This document shows positions 11,427 to 20,863 of a DNA stretch of 64,000 nucleotides, in pieces; the stretch's first letter is position 1, and each line of letters opens with the position of its first letter. The stretch is from an uncultured delta proteobacterium. GTDB lineage: Bacteria > Myxococcota > Myxococcia > Myxococcales > Myxococcaceae. The translations under genes were made by a program, and so were the position numbers. The notes beneath the pieces were generated by a model that ran no database searches, was not told the DNA's origin, and saw only the letters and a program-made list of their open reading frames with translations. Location: NCBI GenBank assembly GCA_963771175.1, contig CAVYSY010000021.1, forward strand, positions 32,001-96,000, given 5' to 3'.

Positions 11427-11472
11427 CACCCCATCCGGGTTCGGCGTCTCCTACGAGTCGTCTGACACCTCG
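11343..11472. repeat. REP/BIME-like cluster: three direct copies plus one inverted copy of GAGTCGTCTGACACC
   Basis: CTCC(C/T)ACGAGTCGTCTGA(T/C)ACC starts at 11378, 11409 and 11448. Inverted copy AGGTGTCAGAGGACTC at 11348-11363 matches 15/16. Located between convergent genes. Confidence 0.85.
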
Positions 11473-11493
11473 TTCGGAAGGTGGGCGGGGCGC

Positions 11494-12069
11494 TCAATTC
11501 AGCGTCCCGCACTCGGCGATCCGCTGCACCCGAAGCGCGTCCAGCCGCTCCAGCGCCGCCGCCGCCTCCGGTCCCTCGAGCACCGCCACCGCGCGGGCGA
11601 TCGCCTCCAGGGTGGACATCCCAGACGGGTGCGTGGGCTCGCGGAGCCGGAGCGTCCCGGGCGCGGGCGGCGGCAGCACCAGCCGGGGGAGCGTCCGCAG
11701 CGCGGGGAGCCGCTGGGTCATCCGCCGCGCCTGCGACCAGCTCCCGTCCAGCACCACCAACTGCCTCGGCGGAGGGGCGTCCGGCGGCGCGGTGGGGCCA
11801 TCGGGGAAGAGCAGCCAGGTGCCGGGCTCGGAGAGCAGGGCGGTGTCGAGGGCCTCGTCCAGTGCGCCGTAGGTGAGCAGCCTGGCGTTCACGAGGGCCA
11901 GTGCGGCCACCCGCCCGGTGTTGCTCTTCTTCCGGCTCTCCACCGCGTGCTGGAGGAGGAGGAAACGAGTGCGCGTCTCCACCCGGGGAATCTCGGCACA
12001 CAGGCACAGGTGCGGCGGGAGGTTGCAGCGGTCGCAGCGGGGCCGGAAGCGGGAGATGCGGGGAGACAT
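11494..12069 (-). CDS. DTW-domain protein (tRNA-uridine aminocarboxypropyltransferase-like)
   Basis: N-terminal CxxC..CxC, HxxE..KKSNTG, WLLFP, VVLDGSWSQAR (DxTW variant), MSTLEAIARA. Confidence 0.9.
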   Translation of the reverse strand: MSPRISRFRPRCDRCNLPPHLCLCAEIPRVETRTRFLLLQHAVESRKKSNTGRVAALALVNARLLTYGALDEALDTALLSEPGTWLLFPDGPTAPPDAPPPRQLVVLDGSWSQARRMTQRLPALRTLPRLVLPPPAPGTLRLREPTHPSGMSTLEAIARAVAVLEGPEAAAALERLDALRVQRIAECGTLN

Positions 12070-12182
12070 CCTCCGGCATCGTGTTCCAGCGGACGCGGGG
12101 AGGGAAGCGTTCGTTTCCGCTCCCGGCGCTCGCCCGCCCGGTCCCCGGGGAAGGCGGGGAAGGTGTCAAAGGCGCGCGAGCC

Positions 12183-13148
12183 TCAGGCCACCGAGGGCAC
12201 GGGCTTCTCCTTCACGTCCGCCCTCGGTGCGCCCAGCGCGAGCCCCGCCGCGCTCAGCCGCACCAGCACCACCCACACCACGTCCGCCAGCAGCAGGTGC
12301 ACGAGCTGCATCCACACCGGCGCCAGCAGCACCAGGTTCACCAGCCCCGCCACCAGTTGCAGCGCGTACAGCACGCCCAGCAGCCTCGCGGACTTCCGCA
12401 CCGCGGGCGAGGGCCGCAGCCGCGCCACCATCGTCGCCGAGAACACCACCAGCGCTCCCACGGCCACCGCCAGCACCGGGTGCAGCACCCGCAGCCGCAG
12501 CAGCACGTGCGCCGTGGGCGACACGTCCTGGCTCAGCCCCTCGGCGAGGCTCGTCGCCGGGAAGAGCGTGTCCCCCAGCGCCGCGATGGCGCCGCTCACC
12601 CCGAGCACCAGCACGCCCACCAGGCTCCCCGCCACCAGCCACCCCGTCAGCCCCTGCCGCCTCAGCACCACCCGCTCCCGGCCCTCCGCCCACCAGCACG
12701 TCAGCGCCATCGCGCCCACCAGCAGGAACGTGTTGATGAGGTGCGCCGCCATCCACCAGGCCCGCGCGGTGGAGGGGTTGTCCGCCACCATCTTGAAGAG
12801 CACCAGCCCCGCGCCCACCGCCGCCTCCGTCAGCATGAAGAAGAGCGAGGCCCCCGCCGCCTTGCGCACCGGGTGGCCCTTGGCGTGCGCCCGCAGCCCC
12901 CACACGCACAGCACCACCGCCAGCACCAGCGCCAGCCCGCTCGTCAGCCGGTGCGTGTACTCGATGAGCGTCTCCACGCTCGGCGCGCGCGGCACCACCT
13001 CGCCGTTGCACACCGGCCAGTGGTCTCCGCACCCGGCGCCCGAGCCCGTGGCGCGCACGTAGGCGCCCCACAGCACCACGGCCAGGGTGTAGACGAGGGT
13101 GAGCCAACTGAAGATGCGGAAGGAACGGGAGGACACGGAGGAGCTCAT
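12183..13148 (-). CDS. ctaA: COX15/CtaA family heme A synthase
   Basis: GAYVRATGSGAGCGDHWPVCNG, IEYTHR, about 8 TM helices with conserved His residues. Confidence 0.88.
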   Translation of the reverse strand: MSSSVSSRSFRIFSWLTLVYTLAVVLWGAYVRATGSGAGCGDHWPVCNGEVVPRAPSVETLIEYTHRLTSGLALVLAVVLCVWGLRAHAKGHPVRKAAGASLFFMLTEAAVGAGLVLFKMVADNPSTARAWWMAAHLINTFLLVGAMALTCWWAEGRERVVLRRQGLTGWLVAGSLVGVLVLGVSGAIAALGDTLFPATSLAEGLSQDVSPTAHVLLRLRVLHPVLAVAVGALVVFSATMVARLRPSPAVRKSARLLGVLYALQLVAGLVNLVLLAPVWMQLVHLLLADVVWVVLVRLSAAGLALGAPRADVKEKPVPSVA

Positions 13149-13286
13149 CGGCGGGCAGGTCCCCGGACCAGGGGGCACGGGTGGCTCCTCCCTAACGCAC
13201 TTCGCCCCCGACCGCCGCACCCGCGTGCCGCCGCTCCGGGCGCCTGCTCCCTTCTCCCGCCTGCCTTGTCGGTGTTCCTCCTTCCC

Positions 13287-13393
13287 TATCCAGCCGGGTC
13301 TCTGGATACCCCCCGCCGCGCTTTGGATGGGCCGCTGGAAAGGCCTGCCTGCCCTCGGCGGCGTCCTGGAAAGGGATTGGATGATTTCCAATC
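13287..13393. promoter_or_regulatory. Putative upstream activator sequences (YTGGAW repeats and two 7-bp inverted repeats)
   Basis: TATCCAG-N8-CTGGATA (13287-13308) and GATTGGA-N5-TCCAATC (13375-13393). TGGA at 13303, 13324, 13336, 13367 and 13378, roughly in helical phase, 25-130 bp upstream of a sigma54 promoter. Confidence 0.5.
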
Positions 13394-13414
13394 GGCCCCC
13401 AGGGTCCGAAATCG

Positions 13415-13432
13415 TTGGCACGCGAACTGCTA
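13415..13432 (+). promoter_or_regulatory. Sigma54 (-24/-12) promoter
   Basis: TTGGCACGCGAACTGCTA: GG(13417-18)-N10-GC(13429-30), near-consensus TGGCACG-N4-YTGCW. Predicted TSS about 13442. Confidence 0.75.
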
Positions 13433-13441
13433 CATGTTGAC

Positions 13442-13599
13442 TCGATAACGATTTCGAGTTCGGGCGCCTCGGTGCCTGAAGCGCTCCGTGGGTCGGGGGA
13501 CCCCCCCACCTCGGCCCGCGAGCGCATCTTTTCGCGGTTGTCGTCGTAGGTACGCACCGCGGGTCGGGTTCGCCCCCTGTCCTGGCCCGCGGTGTTCTT
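13442..13599 (+). ncRNA. Candidate sigma54-dependent small RNA, three stem-loops with C-rich loops (Pxr-like organisation)
   Basis: SL1 13459-13480 (9 bp, 2 G.U). SL2 13481-13525 (~17 bp, 3 G.U, loop GACCCCCCCA). SL3 13554-13595 (15 bp, 3 G.U, loop UUCGCCCCCUGU) followed by UCUUAU. No credible + strand CDS. Confidence 0.62.
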
Positions 13600-13626
13600 A
13601 TGTCCTCGGCTCGCGGCTCCGGGCGC

Positions 13627-16599
13627 TCAGCCCGTGATGCGCAGCCGATCCGCCCCCAGCACCGCCGGAAGCGAGCCGAAGGCCAGCGAGCGCTCGATGA
13701 CGTTGCGCAACTCGCGCACGTTGCCCGGCCAGGAGTGCGCGGTCAGCGCGGCCAGCGCGTCCGGCCCGAGCCGCGGCGGCTCCTGGCCCTCGGGGGTGAG
13801 GTGGCGGACGAAGTGGCGCGCCAGGGCGAGCACGTCCTCGGGCCGCTCGCGCAGCGGAGGCACCCGCACCGGCACCACCTGCAGTCGGTAGTAGAGGTCC
13901 TCGCGGAAGCGGCCCTCGCGCACCAGTTGTCCCAGGTCGCGGTGCGTGGCGGCGATGACGCGCACGTCCACCTGCACGGGCCGCGTCTCGCCCAGGGGGA
14001 AGATTTCACCGTTCTCCAGGAAGCGCAGCAGCTTGGGCTGCACCTCGAGCGGCAGCTCGCCAATCTCGTCGAGGAAGAGCGTGCCCCCGTGGGCGGCGCG
14101 GATGACGCCCGGGTGGTCCGTGGCCGCGCCGGTGTAGGCGCCGCGCCGGTGGCCGAAGAGCTGGCCCTCGAAGAGCTCGCGCGGCACCGCGGCGCAGTTG
14201 AAGGCCACGTAGGGCCTGTCCGCCCGCGAGGACAGCTGGTGGATGGCGCGCGCCACCACCTCCTTGCCGCTGCCGGACTCGCCGGTGACGATGACGGTGG
14301 CGCGCGAGGCGCTCAGCCCCGCAAGCTCCGTCTTCAGCCGCCGCATGGCGGGCGAGGCGGCGATGAAGCCGGGCACCTCCGGCGTGCCCTCGGGCTCGCG
14401 CGTGGGGGAGGGCGCCGCCTGGGCGAAGCCGCGCAGCACGGCCACCTCCAGCGCGAAGCCGGCCAGGCGCGCCAGTGCGGTCATCAGGGCCCGTCCGTCC
14501 GCGGGCAGGGGTCCGGCCACGCCCAGGCGCAGCCGGCGGCCACACCCGTCGCCGAACTCCACCCACTCGCTGGCGGGCACGCCGTCCTGGCCCAGCAGCG
14601 GCGTGGCGTGGCCCTGCGAGTCCAGCTCTTCCAGGCGCGGGGAGCGGCCGGGGAAGAGTCCCTCCAGCACCGCCACCAGCTCGCGCTGGATGAGGGGAGC
14701 GCCCATGCCGCGCACGGCGAGCCGCTCGAAGGGCACCAGCAGCGACTCGGCGCCCAGCCGGGGCGTGGCGTCCGAGGGCACCGTCTCCGGCGCCCGCGCC
14801 TGGAAGTGCTCCGGGCCGGAGTTCGGGGGCGGGGTGATGCCGTGGCGGCGCAGCTCCTCTTCACTCTGGTGGAGCCGCGCCGCGGCGCCGGGCTCGCCCC
14901 AGGCGCGCGCCACCAGGGCGAGCGTGCGGCGGGTGAGGGCGCTCTCCGCGACATCTCCCGCGAGGGTGAAGGTGGCCAGCGAGGCCTCCAGCTTCTCGCG
15001 CGCCTCGTGCGAGCGGCCCTCGCGCGCGAGCAGCACGCCCTTGTGGCGGTGGAGCATCGCGGTGCACCAGGCGGAGGGGAGCTGCTCCATCATGGCGCGG
15101 GCCCGACGCAGCGCCGCGCGGGCCTCGGGGAGTTGGTTGGCCGCGGCGCGCGCTCCTACCTCGGCGATGACGCAGTCGCGCCGCAGGTAGGGCCAGCCGC
15201 CCACTTCCAGGGCGCGGGCGTGGGCGGCGGCGAAGCCCTCCGCGGCCCGTTGCGCGTGGCCCTCGGCCCAGTCCGCCAGCGCCTCCACCCAGCACCCGTA
15301 GACGCGGGTGAGGGGCCGCTGGATGGGGCCGCTGTATTCCGAGAGCCGGGCCGCCAGCCGGCGCAGGTCCGCGTAGCGGCCGGTGAGATACAGGAGGCGG
15401 GCGCGCTGCACCGCGAGGTGCTGGGGCGTCCATTTCAGCTCCTCCACCACCGCGTCTCCCTCGTCCAGCACCGCCTCGGCTTCGGCGAAGCGGGCCAGCC
15501 GCAGCAGGGCATCCGCCTCCGCGCGCACGGCGAAGATGAAGGAGAAGCCCCGGGTCATCCGCCCGCCCCAGGCCGCCTCCCGGGCGCGGCGGATCAGCGC
15601 GAGCGCCTCGTCGGGCTCGCACGCCTCGTCCAGCCGACGCTGCGCGAGGAAGGCGAGGGCGCGCGCCTCGAGGAAGGCATAGCCCATGCGCGCCGCTCCC
15701 TGCGCCACCTCGCGGAAACGTTGCGTGGCCAGCGCGGCCTCGCCGCGGATGGCGGTCTCGTGCGCGATGACGTCCGCGGCCATCAGCCGCAGCGCGGGGT
15801 CCGACACCCCGGCGAGCGACTCCTCCATGTGCCCGGACTGGCGGGCGATGAGCTCGGGGGCAACCAGGTTGAAGGCCGCGGTGGCCTCCGCCACGCGCAG
15901 CATGGCGCCCGCCTCCGCACGCGCGAAGAGGGCGTGGTGCAGCAGCGCCTCGGCGCGCGCCACGTGGACGTTCGCCTTGCCCGCGTCGAAGTGCCGGCCG
16001 TCCGGCGAGGCGAAGAGGTTGGCGGCCATGACATGGACGAACACCTCGGCGGACCCGGGCAGCAGGCCCGCCTCCGCCTCGGCCAGGTGGGGCAGCAGCA
16101 GGGAGAAGGCGCGCCGCACGTCCTCGGAACCCCAGCGGTACACGTAGGCCAGGCTCACCGACGCCAGGGCGCGCGCTCCCACGGAGCGCAGCTCGCCCGA
16201 GCCCAGCAGTGCCATCAGGGCGTCCTCGGCGGCCCGCCACTGCGCCCGCTGCAGGAGCGCCACGCAGGTGGAGAGCTGGGCTCGCTCCTCGCGCGAGAGC
16301 TCCTGGCGGAGCACGTTCTGGCCCAGTCGGGCGGGAGGAGGGGGCAGGAGCGGTTGCCCGCCCTCGGCGAGCTGGCGCAGCGCCTGCATCACCCGGCCTC
16401 TCGGCCGGCGGGCTTGCGGAGCGGCTGGCGGTAGCTCCCAGCGGTATACGGTGAGGGGCGTTACTCCGAGCTGCCGGGCGAAGGCCGCGCGGCTGAGTTC
16501 TCCACGCAGCGCGCGAATCGCCTCGGGTCCGAACCCCTCTGCTCCAGTCGTCGCCACCTGTTCATCCCCTTGCGTCCCCACCACCCGCGCTGCCTTCAT
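13627..16599 (-). CDS. Atypical sigma54 enhancer-binding protein: N-terminal XRE HTH, TPR-like helical region, C-terminal AAA+ domain
   Basis: [28 protein letters not shown] (HTH); [43 protein letters not shown]. Ends about 24 aa later with no Fis-type HTH. Confidence 0.9.
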   Translation of the reverse strand: MKAARVVGTQGDEQVATTGAEGFGPEAIRALRGELSRAAFARQLGVTPLTVYRWELPPAAPQARRPRGRVMQALRQLAEGGQPLLPPPPARLGQNVLRQELSREERAQLSTCVALLQRAQWRAAEDALMALLGSGELRSVGARALASVSLAYVYRWGSEDVRRAFSLLLPHLAEAEAGLLPGSAEVFVHVMAANLFASPDGRHFDAGKANVHVARAEALLHHALFARAEAGAMLRVAEATAAFNLVAPELIARQSGHMEESLAGVSDPALRLMAADVIAHETAIRGEAALATQRFREVAQGAARMGYAFLEARALAFLAQRRLDEACEPDEALALIRRAREAAWGGRMTRGFSFIFAVRAEADALLRLARFAEAEAVLDEGDAVVEELKWTPQHLAVQRARLLYLTGRYADLRRLAARLSEYSGPIQRPLTRVYGCWVEALADWAEGHAQRAAEGFAAAHARALEVGGWPYLRRDCVIAEVGARAAANQLPEARAALRRARAMMEQLPSAWCTAMLHRHKGVLLAREGRSHEAREKLEASLATFTLAGDVAESALTRRTLALVARAWGEPGAAARLHQSEEELRRHGITPPPNSGPEHFQARAPETVPSDATPRLGAESLLVPFERLAVRGMGAPLIQRELVAVLEGLFPGRSPRLEELDSQGHATPLLGQDGVPASEWVEFGDGCGRRLRLGVAGPLPADGRALMTALARLAGFALEVAVLRGFAQAAPSPTREPEGTPEVPGFIAASPAMRRLKTELAGLSASRATVIVTGESGSGKEVVARAIHQLSSRADRPYVAFNCAAVPRELFEGQLFGHRRGAYTGAATDHPGVIRAAHGGTLFLDEIGELPLEVQPKLLRFLENGEIFPLGETRPVQVDVRVIAATHRDLGQLVREGRFREDLYYRLQVVPVRVPPLRERPEDVLALARHFVRHLTPEGQEPPRLGPDALAALTAHSWPGNVRELRNVIERSLAFGSLPAVLGADRLRITG

Positions 16600-16709
16600 C
16601 GATCATTCGGCGCGGAAGGGCAAACTCTGTGGGTCCGCGAACAAGCGGGCGTGGCGCATCCATCCCGCCAGTGCGCGGAGGGGAATGCGAGGAGTGCCCC
16701 CTCGTCTGA

Positions 16710-18123
16710 CTACTCGTTGGCCTGGGCCTGCGCCCTCAGGGGCGTGGTGCTCTGGGCGGACACCAGGCGCACCGTCTTGATGTTGAGGAACTCGAGGATG
16801 CCGTGGCGCGCCAGCTCGCGCCCGTGGCCCGAGGCCTTCACCCCGCCGAAGGGCAGGCGCGGGTCGCTCGCCACCATGCCGTTGACGAACACCGAGCCGG
16901 CCTCCAGCCCGTCGATGAAGAGGCGCTGCTCGGCCTCGTCGCTCGTCCACACCGAGGAGCCCAGCCCATACGGCGAGTCATTGGCGATGCGCAGCGCGTC
17001 CTTCGCGTCCTTCGCGCGGAAGAGGACGGCCACCGGGCCGAACATCTCCTCGGTGTAGGCGGGTGAGCCCGGGGGCGGGTGGGCCAGCACGGTGGGCGGG
17101 TACCAGAAACCGGGCCCGGAGGGCTTGAGGCCTCCCAGCAGCAGCTTCGCTCCCGCGGCCACGCTGCGCTCCACCTGCTCGTGCAGCCCGCCGCGGATGG
17201 CCTCGGTGGCGAGCGGCCCCACCTCCGTCTTCGGGTCCGCGGGGTCTCCCACCACCGCGCGGCGCATGCGCTCGACGAAGCGGCGCTCGAACTCGGCGTA
17301 GATGGGCTCGGTGGCGATGAAGCGCTTGGCGGCGATGCAGGACTGGCCGTTGTTGATGAGGCGGGCCTTCACCGCCGTCTCCACCGCCGCGTCCAGGTCC
17401 GCGCTCGGCAGCACGACGAAGGGGTCGCTCCCGCCCAGCTCCAGCACCACCTTCTTGAGCTGCTGGCCCGAGCGCTGCGCCACGTCGCGGCCCGCGCCCT
17501 CGCTGCCGGTAATCGTCACCGCGCGAATCGCGCGGGTCCTCGATGAGCCGGCGCGCCCCCTGCACGTCCACCAGCAGCGTCTGGAAGGCGCCCGGGGGGA
17601 AGCCCGCGCGCAGGAAGAGCTCCTCGAGCGCCAGCGCGCACTGGGGCACGTTGTGCGCGTGCTTGAGCAGCCCCACGTTGCCCGCCATCAGCGCCGGGGC
17701 GGCGAAGCGCACCACCTGCCAGAAGGGGAAGTTCCACGGCATGATGGCCAGCACCGGCCCGAGCGGCTGGTAGCGCACGAAGCTCGTGTCCGGCGCGGTG
17801 TCCACCGGCTCGTCCGCCAGGAAACGCTCGGCGTGCTCCGCGTAGTAGTGGCAGGCCGTGGCGCACTTGCGGGCCTCGGCGCGCGCGGCCTCCAGCGGCT
17901 TGCCCATCTCCTCCATCATCATCCGCCCGTAGCGGTCCGCCTCGGCCTCCAGCAGCTCCCCCGCCCGGCGCATCCACCCGGCGCGCTCGGCGAAGGAGGT
18001 GTGGCGGAACGTGCGGAACGTCTCCTCGGCCCGCCGCAGCTTCGTCTCCACCTCGTCCTGCGAGTGGGCGTCGAAGGTGCGCAGCGTCCGGCCAGTGGTG
18101 GGGTCGATGGTGGCGAAGGCCAT
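16710..18123 (-). CDS. NAD(P)-dependent succinate-semialdehyde dehydrogenase family (frameshift at about 17525)
   Basis: [61 protein letters not shown]. Confidence 0.92.
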
Positions 18124-18553
18124 GGGCTTCCTCCCGGGCGCGGAGTGTGGGCCCGGCTTCTGGAGGCCACAAGCCGAGGGTATCGCCGCCGTTCACACCC
18201 GCACGGCTCCCCACGACAGGAGGGTCATGGTTGACGGAGGTGTCAGGGCACACTCCTCTCACGGAGAGAGCATGTCTGTCTTACTTAAGGAGAATTACAC
18301 GGTTTCTGATTCATTCTTGAAGCATGGGTTTCACTTTCGATGCAACTCGTCCGCTCCCTTTGAAAATCAGGCTTTCCTTTGTTCACTGTCAACGGCATGT
18401 TTCAGCCCTGACGGCATGTCCCAGGGGGCATTCCAATCCTTTCGCGGGCTTGGAGAGTTGGACCAGTTCCTGCTTTCGACCCGCGCCTATTGGGCCGGTG
18501 AAGCGGCAGAAACGTTGCTTCTCTGGTCCAGAAGAACCCTTCGCGAGGAACCC

Positions 18554-19975
18554 ATGCGCTTCCAACTCCGCCACATCGTCCCACTCGCCCTGCTTTGGAT
18601 GGGATGCGGTGCAGAGACTCCCGTCTCCGAGGCGCTGCCCTCCGAGGTCGAGGAGCTGGTCCAGGAGCAGTCGATGCTCCAGGTGTCCGACAACCCGAGC
18701 TTCCTCGGGGGCATGGCGGAGGCCCGCCTCGTGAGCGGCTTCGAGCGCGAGCGGGTGGTCGACGACATCTACCACTACAGCGCGAAGCTCCAGGTGGGCC
18801 CCAACCCCGCGCATGACGTCATCACCGTGCACCGCGTGGTGCGCGAGCGGCTTCCCGGGCATCCGGCGGCCAGCCCCGAGTCCGTGTTCATGCTGCACGG
18901 GGACGGGTGGAACTTCACCGGCGCGTTCATGGCGAGCACGCAGACGCAGGCGGTGCCGACGGACCACTCCATCGCCATCTACCTGGCGCGGCGGGGCGTG
19001 GACGTGTGGGGCGTGGACCTGCGGTGGACCCACGTGCCGCTCGAGGAGCAGGACTTCTCCTTCATGGCGGGTTGGAACATGGGCATGCACGTGCGCGACG
19101 TGGGCACGGGTCTGGCCGTGGCGCGCAAGGTGCGCGCGCTGACGGGGAGCGGCAACGGCCGGATGGACCTGCTGGGCTGGAGCCGCGGCGGCATGCTCGG
19201 CTACGCCTACCTGAACGCGGAGACGCGGCTTCCCCTGAACGTGCGCCACGTGAAGGGCTTCATCCCGGTGGACGCGGTGCTGCACTTCGGGCCCCAGGCC
19301 GCGCAGCAGCGCCAGTGGGCCTGCGCGCGTGCGGCGCTGGCCGAGGCGGGGCTGACGGCGGGGCAGCTCGAGGGGGGCCTGCTCGGGCCGGGCGCCGGCG
19401 TGGGCGTGCTGTCGCTGGGCCAGGCGGCCATCTCCCTGCCGGACGAGGTCGCCCTGCCGCCGATGCCGCCGCTGCCCTACCGGCAGCTCGCCGTCGTCCT
19501 CGGGGCGGCCACCTTCCAGTTCATCTCCAACCCGACGCTCGGCGTCGAGCCGACGGTGCCCTTCTACCACTTCACCTCCGGCGAGTTCGGCGGGGGGTCG
19601 CTGCTGCCTTCGGGGCTGCGGTACGTGAAGGAGCGGCAGTTCTTCGACCTGCTCGCCTCGGCGCGCCCCTACCAGAGCTTCGAGGAGGTGGTGGAGGGCG
19701 AGCAGCTCCTGTGCGGCCAGAAGGACCTGCCGTATGACGACCACCTGGCCGAGGTGAAGGTGCCGGTGCTGTACGTGGGGGCCGCGGGCGGCTTCGGCGA
19801 GTACGGTGTGCACTCGACGACGCTGCTGGGCAGCCGGGATGTGAGCATTCACCTGGTGCGGCGGCAGTCGTCCGAGGCGCGCGTCGCCGACTACGGCCAC
19901 GCGGACCTCTTCCTGGCCAGCGACGCGGACAAGGCCGTCTGGGCTCCCATCCTCGCGTGGATGAAGCGTCACTGA
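18554..19975 (+). CDS. Alpha/beta-hydrolase-fold lipoprotein
   Basis: Signal/lipobox LALLWMGC, VFMLHG, DVWGVDLR, nucleophile elbow GWSRGG, C-terminal YGHADLF. Confidence 0.82.
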   Translation: MRFQLRHIVPLALLWMGCGAETPVSEALPSEVEELVQEQSMLQVSDNPSFLGGMAEARLVSGFERERVVDDIYHYSAKLQVGPNPAHDVITVHRVVRERLPGHPAASPESVFMLHGDGWNFTGAFMASTQTQAVPTDHSIAIYLARRGVDVWGVDLRWTHVPLEEQDFSFMAGWNMGMHVRDVGTGLAVARKVRALTGSGNGRMDLLGWSRGGMLGYAYLNAETRLPLNVRHVKGFIPVDAVLHFGPQAAQQRQWACARAALAEAGLTAGQLEGGLLGPGAGVGVLSLGQAAISLPDEVALPPMPPLPYRQLAVVLGAATFQFISNPTLGVEPTVPFYHFTSGEFGGGSLLPSGLRYVKERQFFDLLASARPYQSFEEVVEGEQLLCGQKDLPYDDHLAEVKVPVLYVGAAGGFGEYGVHSTTLLGSRDVSIHLVRRQSSEARVADYGHADLFLASDADKAVWAPILAWMKRH

Positions 19976-20002
19976 GCGAGGGGGCGTTGCCGTCGCCCTC
20001 CC

Positions 20003-20040
20003 ACCGGGCCTCGCGGAGACGCGGGGCCCGGTTCTTTTTT
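20003..20040 (+). terminator. Intrinsic terminator
   Basis: ACCGGGCCTCGCG-GAGA-CGCGGGGCCCGGT stem followed by TCTTTTTT. Confidence 0.85.
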
Positions 20041-20131
20041 GGCGCCTCCCCGGGCGGGGAGGTTCCGGTCCCTTCCCGACTCCTTAGATTGGGAGCCTGT
20101 GCTCTGGGATCTTCCCGGAAGGAGGGCCGCC

Positions 20132-20830
20132 GTGGTCGACAACATCTGGACCGAGTTCGCCAGGAGCTATGACGCCATCTGCTCCCAGCTCAATTGCTAC
20201 CGGCGCATGGTGGCGAAGGTTCACCGGGACACCGAGGGACGCCGGTACGTCATCGACGCCGGATGTGGCACGGGGCTGGTGAGTCAGCCGCTCGTCGAGC
20301 GCGGGCACACGGTGGTGGGCTTCGACAACAACCCGGCGATGCTCGGGCTGGCCCGGCGCAGGCACGAGGAGGCGCCCGAGGAGGCGCGTCGGCGCTGGAA
20401 GGTGTTGGAGGGGGACGTGCGCTCCTTCCCCGCGGAGGTGCCGGGCGAGGCGGACGCGGTGCTGCTCAACAACGTCCTCTTCTACGTGCGCGAGCCGGAG
20501 GAGGTGCTGCGCGAGGCCCACGCGCACCTCAAGCCGGGCGGCGTGCTCATCGCCACCGGCCCCCGCCAGCGGCCGGACCTGCGCAAGGTGATGGTGCGCT
20601 CCATCGAGGAGTGGACGGCCGAGGGCCGCTGGGACGCGGCGCTGCAAGCCGCCACCACCTACCACGTGGACTTGACGCGCCGGCTGGTGATGGACCCCAA
20701 CGAGATGGTGACCTTCTTCGAGCCGGACGTGCTCGTGGACACGCTGCGGCGGGTGGGCTTCTCGCACGCACTCGCGGCCGACAGCGACGACTACTACGGC
20801 GAGAACTACTACGTCTGCATGGCGCGGTAG
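20132..20830 (+). CDS. Class I SAM-dependent methyltransferase
   Basis: AGGAGG RBS and GTG at 20132; VIDAGCGTG, GFDNNPAML, LKPGGVL. Confidence 0.88.
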   Translation: MVDNIWTEFARSYDAICSQLNCYRRMVAKVHRDTEGRRYVIDAGCGTGLVSQPLVERGHTVVGFDNNPAMLGLARRRHEEAPEEARRRWKVLEGDVRSFPAEVPGEADAVLLNNVLFYVREPEEVLREAHAHLKPGGVLIATGPRQRPDLRKVMVRSIEEWTAEGRWDAALQAATTYHVDLTRRLVMDPNEMVTFFEPDVLVDTLRRVGFSHALAADSDDYYGENYYVCMAR

Positions 20831-20863
20831 TGCCCCGCCCCCCGCGCCCGGGGCCGCGCCTCG

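Noticed and set aside
11378..11472. Possible mini CRISPR array
   Set aside because: Periods are only 31 and 39 bp, the spacers are short and not unique, an inverted copy is present, and there are no cas genes.
13472..13549. 25-codon GTG ORF inside the candidate sRNA
   Set aside because: No RBS, the start codon is buried in a stem, and codon usage is poor. The RNA structure explains the sequence better.
13600..16434. Long + strand ORF (944 aa) and the many similar Arg/Ala/Pro-rich ORFs across the window
   Set aside because: Antisense or off-frame shadows expected from high GC3, with no domain motifs.
16710..18123. Programmed frameshifting or pseudogenisation in SSADH and other split genes
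   Set aside because: No slippery sites, and indels are scattered across unrelated housekeeping genes, which is most consistent with sequencing error.
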